Part shown: positions 26,366 to 31,947 of the stretch, one piece after another
Numbering within the stretch: the first letter of the stretch is position 1
How the letters are laid out: the number at the start of each line of letters is the position of its first letter
DNA from: a virus
DNA length: 64,000 nt
Direction: 5' to 3' (one strand)
IMG/VR virus record: IMGVR_UViG_3300033181_000231
Notes under the pieces: generated by a model
The model's database searches: none
Told to the model about the DNA's origin: nothing
What the model saw: only the letters and a program-made list of their open reading frames with translations
Translations under genes and position numbers: made by a program

Positions 26366-26508
26366 AGAGGGGGCGCGTTTCTGGAACGCGCCCCCTCTCC
26401 TCACCAAACGGAGCCTCTCCCCGCCGTGCCGTGCCGCGCCGGACCTGGCCTGACCATGCCTGACCACGCCAGACCCTACCCCAACGCTAGCCCACCCAAC
26501 CACCCACA
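26366..26508 (-). ncRNA. Putative guide RNA B: 19-nt leader + GGY-NN pentamer array + 3' 14-bp hairpin
   Basis: 12 consecutive perfect GGY-NN units (26480-26421) then 5 degenerate ones. Hairpin AGAGGGGGCGCGTT/AACGCGCCCCCTCT (26366-26398). Confidence 0.75.
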
Positions 26509-26511
26509 ATG

Positions 26512-27126
26512 CTAGCGCAGGGCAATACGCGTCAACCGGAACGCGCCGTGCCACCCGCCCGTCGAGGGGCGGTAGTCACCGACGCCGTGCATCTTGCCGG
26601 CCGTCTGGATGACCTTCTCAATGCTTGCCATATCGGTTAGCGACAGGTCCAAGACGTAGCGGCAGGTCATGAACCACGGCGGGTTGATCTCCGGCCGGCC
26701 GCGCTCGACGCCTGCCGTTCCCACGACGACGCGCTCCACGTTCACGCCGTAGTCGTCGATGGGCGTCCCGTTCTCATCGTGGAGAACAAACATGGTATGC
26801 ATGGCGTCGAATTGCATCGCGCCTTTGAGAATGTAGCTGTAGCGATAGCGTTGCCCCGGCGCCGGGAAGCGCGCCGCCGCGTCGATCATGCTCTTGCGCA
26901 TATGCGTTGCCGGTAGCGCAAGGTGGCCGTCCGCGTCACGGTAGACGTACTTGGGCGCCTCCTGCTCCGGCGTTGGCCGCTCCTTCTTCTTAACGATGCC
27001 CGTTTCCTGGCGCAAGTTGCCACGCCAATTGTGCATGAGAACCGACGATATGCCCTCGACCGTGAACTCCAGATCGCGCCACGCCTCGAACTCAACCTGT
27101 GGCTTCTCTACCAATGCCGTCACCAT
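26512..27126 (-). CDS. Solo Cas7/RAMP-fold protein (Vipr-like putative RNA-guided effector)
   Basis: AAGGAG RBS. 'LEFTVEGISSVLMHN', 'YRDADGHLALPATHMRKSMIDAA', 'RGRPEINPPW', C-terminal Gly-rich loop 'AGKMHGVGDYRPSTGGWHGAF'. Confidence 0.8.
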   Translation of the reverse strand: MVTALVEKPQVEFEAWRDLEFTVEGISSVLMHNWRGNLRQETGIVKKKERPTPEQEAPKYVYRDADGHLALPATHMRKSMIDAAARFPAPGQRYRYSYILKGAMQFDAMHTMFVLHDENGTPIDDYGVNVERVVVGTAGVERGRPEINPPWFMTCRYVLDLSLTDMASIEKVIQTAGKMHGVGDYRPSTGGWHGAFRLTRIALR

Positions 27127-27158
27127 CGTGCGTTACTCCTTCTTAGAAATCCCCTAGC

Positions 27159-27252
27159 AAGCCAGACCTTACCCCACCTCACCCGACCATACCTAGCCTT
27201 CTACCTGACCATGCCTCGCCTGACCGAGTCCGTGCCCGCCCAACCACCCACA
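27159..27252 (-). ncRNA. Putative guide RNA A: 19-nt leader + GGY-NN pentamer array
   Basis: 13 perfect GGY-NN units (5 + AA insertion + 8) in the intergenic region upstream of the RAMP gene. Confidence 0.7.
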
Positions 27253-27259
27253 TGCACGG

Positions 27260-27841
27260 TTACAGCACGCTATTTTTCTCCGCGATGGCGACGACCTCCT
27301 CTTCGTTAAACACTTGACCAACCGTGCTGTCCGCCGCCCCAGCGGCCATGCGGCCGGCGAGGCAATCGAAGAACCGCGCGTAGGCCGCGTTGGACCGCGT
27401 GCGATCGTAATAGGCGGTGCGTTGATAGAGAACCATGTCCCCTGTCATGTCACCCAGCGGGACCATGCCGACGCCGGGGATCATGAACCGCCAATCGCTC
27501 AGGAGGCACTGCGCCTTGCCCTGCGCGACCGACCGCACCTTCGTCTCGATGGCGATGGGGGCGTCAGGGTTCACCAGGACGGGCGCGCTGCCGGTCACAA
27601 CGGACCTGCTCTGGCGCGTCTGATGCGCGACCTTGCGCCCCAGATAGATGAAGCCTTGCAGGGTGACCGTCCCGGCGATATCGGGCAGGATGCCCCGGTC
27701 CTGGCATGCCGCCAGCGTCCGGTCGGCCGCCTCCCGGTAGCCGATCTGGCCGCTCGCAAGGAGATCGCGCAAGTGGCGCATGGCCCACGCGGTCGCCGCT
27801 GATTGGGCGTCCGCGTCGTCCGGCGGAAGGGGGTTCAACAT
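27260..27841 (-). CDS. Hypothetical protein upstream of the RAMP gene (possible accessory factor)
   Basis: AAAGGA RBS. 'VPLGDMTGDM...Y...N...ARFF..LA' C-terminal helical domain. Confidence 0.65.
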   Translation of the reverse strand: MLNPLPPDDADAQSAATAWAMRHLRDLLASGQIGYREAADRTLAACQDRGILPDIAGTVTLQGFIYLGRKVAHQTRQSRSVVTGSAPVLVNPDAPIAIETKVRSVAQGKAQCLLSDWRFMIPGVGMVPLGDMTGDMVLYQRTAYYDRTRSNAAYARFFDCLAGRMAAGAADSTVGQVFNEEEVVAIAEKNSVL

Positions 27842-27865
27842 GTGGCCTGATCCTTTCTGATTCAC

Positions 27866-28072
27866 TTACTGGGGCGTTGAGATGAACGTGAGTTGCGTCA
27901 GCGTGGTCGTGGCGCCGCCGACCGTGACGTTGTTCACGACGAACGCCTCGCTGCCGAAATAGCCGGTCTCATCGCGCCACCAGTACGGCTCGGCGTCCAC
28001 CCGCTCCCCCGAATGAATCCAATCAAGCGGGTAACTCGTGGGGCGTGGCGTCTCCATTGTTGGCGTCATCAT
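27866..28072 (-). CDS. Hypothetical protein
   Basis: GAAGGAGG RBS. Coupled to the upstream ORF. Confidence 0.6.
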   Translation of the reverse strand: MMTPTMETPRPTSYPLDWIHSGERVDAEPYWWRDETGYFGSEAFVVNNVTVGGATTTLTQLTFISTPQ

Positions 28073-28278
28073 GATCCTCCTTCATGCATGGGCAGGGCAT
28101 CGACCGTGACCCACACGAGCAGACTAACGGGGATGGTCGAGAAGGTGCGGGGCGTCATCACGGCGAACCCCCCATCTTGCCAGGGGCGGCCGTCAAGCGA
28201 CGGCGGGAGGGGATCACTAAAATGGCAACTGAGGTCCTGCTGCGTGAAGTCGTGCGCGACCGGGGGTGTCCTAGGCAT
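28069..28278 (-). CDS. Hypothetical protein
   Basis: AGGAG RBS before ATG 28278. Confidence 0.55.
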   Translation of the reverse strand: MPRTPPVAHDFTQQDLSCHFSDPLPPSLDGRPWQDGGFAVMTPRTFSTIPVSLLVWVTVDALPMHEGGS

Positions 28279-28291
28279 GCGTTCTCTCCTT

Positions 28292-28621
28292 TCAGGCGAT
28301 ACCGGGGGCGAGCGTGAGATGGCGTCGGGCATGAGGTGAGCGGCGGCGGGGCCGTGCGGTCGTGCGCCTGCCGCGCAGCAGGCGCAGCCGCGTCCTGTCC
28401 GCGTGATAGGCGCGACTCTCATGCGCCGCGTCCGTACACGCGCGCTGGAGCACGTCCTCGTGCGCGCTAACGATAAACGCGAGGAGCACGGCCGCTCCGG
28501 GCGAGTCGGGCGAGCCCGCGAGCGCCTCCGTCACGATCCGCGCGATGCTACCCTCTCTCCCGTTGACTTGGACGAACCGCCGCGCCTGATCCGCGGTAAA
28601 GAGCGGAGCGTGCTCGTTCAT
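28292..28621 (-). CDS. Hypothetical protein
   Basis: GGAGG RBS. Part of the leftward operon. Confidence 0.55.
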   Translation of the reverse strand: MNEHAPLFTADQARRFVQVNGREGSIARIVTEALAGSPDSPGAAVLLAFIVSAHEDVLQRACTDAAHESRAYHADRTRLRLLRGRRTTARPRRRSPHARRHLTLAPGIA

Positions 28622-28623
28622 CG

Positions 28624-28896
28624 CTACACCTCCAACGTCGCGGCGAACTCGTAGTCGGACGCGTAGGCGGCGAGATGGTCCACGAAGCGCCGCAGGGCGG
28701 CGACGTATTCAACGTGGTCAATCGGCGTCGGGTCGTAGACGCCGCGCGCTAGGTGGACCGTGACCTGGCCCATGGGCGCGTCGTCGGCCGCCACGAGCGT
28801 CAGGGCGATGTCGTGGACGGGATCGACGCGATCGACATAGACGGGGTGCAGACGCGATAGATGCGTTGGACGAACACGGTGCAATTGTGCTACCAT
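28624..28896 (-). CDS. Hypothetical protein, first gene of the leftward island operon
   Basis: AAGGAG RBS before ATG 28896. Confidence 0.6.
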   Translation of the reverse strand: MVAQLHRVRPTHLSRLHPVYVDRVDPVHDIALTLVAADDAPMGQVTVHLARGVYDPTPIDHVEYVAALRRFVDHLAAYASDYEFAATLEV

Positions 28897-28998
28897 TGGG
28901 CGTACTCCTTAACCGGAGCCTGTCCGCCTCATCACTACTTTCCACGGGAGAGATGGGGTGGACATTTTACTAGGAAGGCTCACCGCCCACCTGATATG

Positions 28999-29027
28999 AT
29001 TATAGTGCAATCGCACTAAGTTTGCAA
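28999..29027 (-). promoter_or_regulatory. Leftward promoter TTGCAA-17-TATAAT with a palindromic operator TAGTGC-AATC-GCACTA (29003-29018)
   Basis: Near-perfect sigma70 hexamers with 17-nt spacing. The palindrome overlaps the spacer and -10. Confidence 0.8.
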
Positions 29028-29068
29028 GGGGGATGGTTGTGTCGCTGATCGTGCTTGATTGGGTGAGG

Positions 29069-29293
29069 GTGGACGGAAAACCCGAATTCATAACGCTCCG
29101 CGAGGCTGCCGAGCGTGCGGGGTATGCCTCCAAGAGCACGCTTCAGACAGCGGCACGTTATGGTGAATTGGAAACTCATAGGGTCGGCAATCAATACCTG
29201 ACGACTCCAGAGTGGCTTGACTCCTACTTGCGAAAGGTGCGACGGGGTTCGTATCGTCGCGGACAAACGCGATCCGAAGGCGAGTCAGCGTAG
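29069..29293 (+). CDS. HTH_17/MerR-like DNA-binding protein
   Basis: 'FITLREAAERAGYASKSTLQTAARYGELETHRVGNQYLTT'. Confidence 0.75.
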   Translation: MDGKPEFITLREAAERAGYASKSTLQTAARYGELETHRVGNQYLTTPEWLDSYLRKVRRGSYRRGQTRSEGESA

Positions 29294-29547
29294 TGACAAC
29301 TGCCGTGCAAGACAAAACCGAATACATCACGCTAGCGCAAGCCGCTAAAGAGGCTGGCTATTCTAGCCCAAGCACGCTGTACGCTGCTGCTCGCACGAGT
29401 CCGCCTCGACTAAAGACACGACCCTTTGGTCCGCGCGCCACCATGACAACGCGCGCGTGGCTCCAAGAATACCTTACGGGACTCAAAGAGAGCATGTCGC
29501 ACCGTGGTGAGCGTCGTCCTGACGACGACGACGCGGACGACGCGTAG
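29293..29547 (+). CDS. HTH_17/MerR-like DNA-binding protein, tandem paralog of the previous gene
   Basis: 'YITLAQAAKEAGYSSPSTLYAAAR...TT..WL..YL'. Confidence 0.75.
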   Translation: MTTAVQDKTEYITLAQAAKEAGYSSPSTLYAAARTSPPRLKTRPFGPRATMTTRAWLQEYLTGLKESMSHRGERRPDDDDADDA

Positions 29548-29663
29548 AGACCGCTCCCCCACCTGCCTTATTGCTCTCCGTGTTCCTTCTGGTCTACACT
29601 GTGAAGACGGGACGCCTTGCAGCCCACCCGCGTCACCCGCGCGTCCCCCGGAAGGAGACGACC

Positions 29664-29921
29664 ATGTTGGAGCACGAACGCGCCTATTTCGATGCGCATT
29701 TATCGGAGTGGTTACAGCACTATCCCCAACGCTTTGTTCTCGTCAAGGGCGAGGAGTTAATCGGGACGTTCGACACGCAGGACGACGCCCTACGTGAGGG
29801 CGCCCGCCGCTTTGGCCTCGCGCCCTTCCTTATTCGCCGCGTGGAAATGCAGCGGCCGGTGGCCGAGATACCCGCGCTCACTCTGGGGCTACTCCGTGCC
29901 GATTCTGCACGTTCGGCCTGA
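29664..29921 (+). CDS. DUF5678-like small protein
   Basis: AAGGAG RBS. 'YF..HL.EWL..YP.RFVLVKGEELIGTFDT..DAL..G...FG..PFLIRRV'. Confidence 0.7.
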   Translation: MLEHERAYFDAHLSEWLQHYPQRFVLVKGEELIGTFDTQDDALREGARRFGLAPFLIRRVEMQRPVAEIPALTLGLLRADSARSA

Positions 29922-30381
29922 CACCAGCGGGCAGATGCCCGATGGGACGCCCGTGCAGCTACCGCCGCCTGTCGCGTTCCAGATGCGCGGGCCGTGCCTC
30001 CAGGTGACGATCAATCTGAGCGCGAGCGTTGCGGCCCAATTGGTGCAGCAGGGCGTGGCTGTCCCCGCGCCCATGTCGGGGACGGCGCTGATCGACACAG
30101 GGGCGTCGTTAACCTGTATTGATGACGTGGCGGCGCAACGTCTGGGGTTGTCGGTGATCGATGTCGTCAGCATCGCGTCCGCGTCGCACGCGTCCACGCA
30201 GCAGAACGTCTATGCGACGCTCATCGAGATCACGGGGACGGCCATCAGCATCAACGCCGACCGCGCGATCGGGGCCGCGCTACATGCCCAAGGACTCATC
30301 GCCCTAATCGGCCGTGATGTCCTGATGATGACGACGATCTTCTATAACGGGGTTACCGGCGAGTTTACCTTATCCGTCTAG
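29896..30381 (+). CDS. Retropepsin-like (clan AA) aspartyl protease
   Basis: 'ALIDTGASLTCID' and 'ALIGRDVL' signature motifs. Confidence 0.85.
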   Translation: MPILHVRPDTSGQMPDGTPVQLPPPVAFQMRGPCLQVTINLSASVAAQLVQQGVAVPAPMSGTALIDTGASLTCIDDVAAQRLGLSVIDVVSIASASHASTQQNVYATLIEITGTAISINADRAIGAALHAQGLIALIGRDVLMMTTIFYNGVTGEFTLSV

Positions 30382-30428
30382 GGAGGGGGTCATCATGCGC
30401 GTGTCCTGTTCTACGAAGGCGCTGTGAC

Positions 30429-30968
30429 ATGGCTGTGAAAGAGCAAGCGCGGCGCGCGGCCCTGGAAGAGATCAAGGGCCTCGCGCGGGAGTTACAGACA
30501 GCGACATCGGCCCGCCAACGGTACGAGATTAGCCAAAAGATGAACAATCTCTCCAAGCATGCGCAGGCGGATATCGTCAGGCTTGAAGAGGTGCGTCCAT
30601 GGCGCGATGAGCAACGCTGGCGATTATCGAACTTCTATGGGACCTATGATCATCGGATGGACATCTTTTATCTCTACGCCCCGCCGCTGGACCCAGCGAC
30701 ATGCATATACGCGCGATTGGGGGATTGCCTCGCTCTCATATCTAGCGATACGCATGAACTTGTTGGCTATCAGATAGACAACTTTCGTTCGGTCTGGCTC
30801 ACGGCGCATCCAGAAGTACAAGCGCAAGCCCAAACGGCCGCGCGCCCTCTGGCGCATCCATCGTTGCGGGGTTTTGGTGGCGCGTGGGCGGATCTCATAC
30901 GGACGGTCATGAATAGCCTCATCCGTGAATCACAGGGTATATCCCCACCCATGCAACTATCACGGTAG
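30429..30968 (+). CDS. Protein with a DUF2283-like domain
   Basis: 'YDHRMDIFYLY...D...THELVGYQIDNF'. Confidence 0.5.
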   Translation: MAVKEQARRAALEEIKGLARELQTATSARQRYEISQKMNNLSKHAQADIVRLEEVRPWRDEQRWRLSNFYGTYDHRMDIFYLYAPPLDPATCIYARLGDCLALISSDTHELVGYQIDNFRSVWLTAHPEVQAQAQTAARPLAHPSLRGFGGAWADLIRTVMNSLIRESQGISPPMQLSR

Positions 30969-30989
30969 CCCGCGCCCCTGCCGACGTTC

Positions 30990-31019
30990 AGGCCCATTTA
31001 GCGCGCTAGATGGGCCTTT
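30990..31019 (+). terminator. Intrinsic terminator closing the accessory island
   Basis: AGGCCCATTTAGC/GCTAGATGGGCCT stem plus TTTG. Confidence 0.55.
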
Positions 31020-31116
31020 GCCTATCCTTCGGGCCTTCTTTCATCCCCTCTCTGACCCGCTACGCCATCCGGCGCGGCGGGTTTTGTGTTGCCCGCCGTG
31101 TCGTGTGAGGTGGAAT

Positions 31117-31647
31117 ATGGTGACACATCCGACCTATCACCCCAGCCATCACGCGCATCAACCGACGCCCCAGGATATCATCGACGAGGTGAAGGCGCAC
31201 GGCTACCAACGCCTGACGCTGGACGGCCTAGAGTTCTGGATGAACCCCGAGTCGTTCAGCGACACGCAGGAGCAGCTGCGCGTCGTGGCCCAAACGGCGG
31301 CGGGCTACGGCGACTACGACTACGGCGCCAAGCCGGCCGAGATCGTCATCTCCGGCACGACCGGCAACGCGGGCGTCGAGGGGCCGGGCGGCATCCGGCA
31401 GATGGAGCGGTTCCGGCCGCGCATCGGCCGCGTCTCGCGCATCTTGCAGCTGCGCTACCCTATCGAGGGGAATGGCACGCGCTACCTCAAAGTTGATTTG
31501 TTCCGGCGGTCGCGCGAGGTGTCAGGCAACAACAAGTTGTGGGTGCGCTACGAGATCCGGGCGCGTGAGTTCCCGCTGCACGAGTACGCCGTGGCGCACA
31601 ACGTGACCGGGCGCGTTGGATCAACCCCGTTTCCGATCGGGGGTTGA
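31117..31647 (+). CDS. Tail tube initiator/baseplate protein
   Basis: 'FWMNPESFSDT...G....G.KPAEIVISGTTG'. Position after the TMP and island. Confidence 0.65.
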   Translation: MVTHPTYHPSHHAHQPTPQDIIDEVKAHGYQRLTLDGLEFWMNPESFSDTQEQLRVVAQTAAGYGDYDYGAKPAEIVISGTTGNAGVEGPGGIRQMERFRPRIGRVSRILQLRYPIEGNGTRYLKVDLFRRSREVSGNNKLWVRYEIRAREFPLHEYAVAHNVTGRVGSTPFPIGG

Positions 31648-31674
31648 CCCGCGTAGCCCGCTAAAGGGGATGGT

Positions 31675-31920
31675 ATGGCGACGACGACGCAACTGTATAC
31701 GTGGCAGGCGGGCGACCAAATATGGACGGTCGCAGCGCGCTTCCTAGCGGCCAGCGGCTACCCCGATGTCTCGACCTTCGTGGGCGACAGCGAGAACCCG
31801 GTGGACGGTATCCGCTACTACAATCAGGCGCTGACGCTGCCCGACGGCACGACGACGAACGTGGTCGATTGGCTACGTATCCCGGCCGGGACGCGCATCG
31901 TCATTCCCTCCATCACCTAA
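31675..31920 (+). CDS. LysM-like baseplate protein (P2 gpX-like)
   Basis: 'YTWQAGDQIWTVAARF...I..YN.....IPAGTRIVIP'. Confidence 0.7.
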   Translation: MATTTQLYTWQAGDQIWTVAARFLAASGYPDVSTFVGDSENPVDGIRYYNQALTLPDGTTTNVVDWLRIPAGTRIVIPSIT

Positions 31921-31947
31921 CGGACGGTTAACGCAAGGGGTGGCGTC

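Noticed and set aside
25952-26554. 200-aa version of the Zn-ribbon membrane ORF that includes the pentamer array as coding sequence
   Set aside because: The extension is low-complexity (RHGQAR...) from a 5-nt period that does not respect codons. A good RBS sits at the 26302 start, and a hairpin separates the two parts.
26396-27252. CRISPR array or simple microsatellite interpretation of the repeats
   Set aside because: No 25-45 bp repeats with unique spacers. The units are not identical: only GGY is fixed while NN varies, unlike slippage-generated microsatellites.
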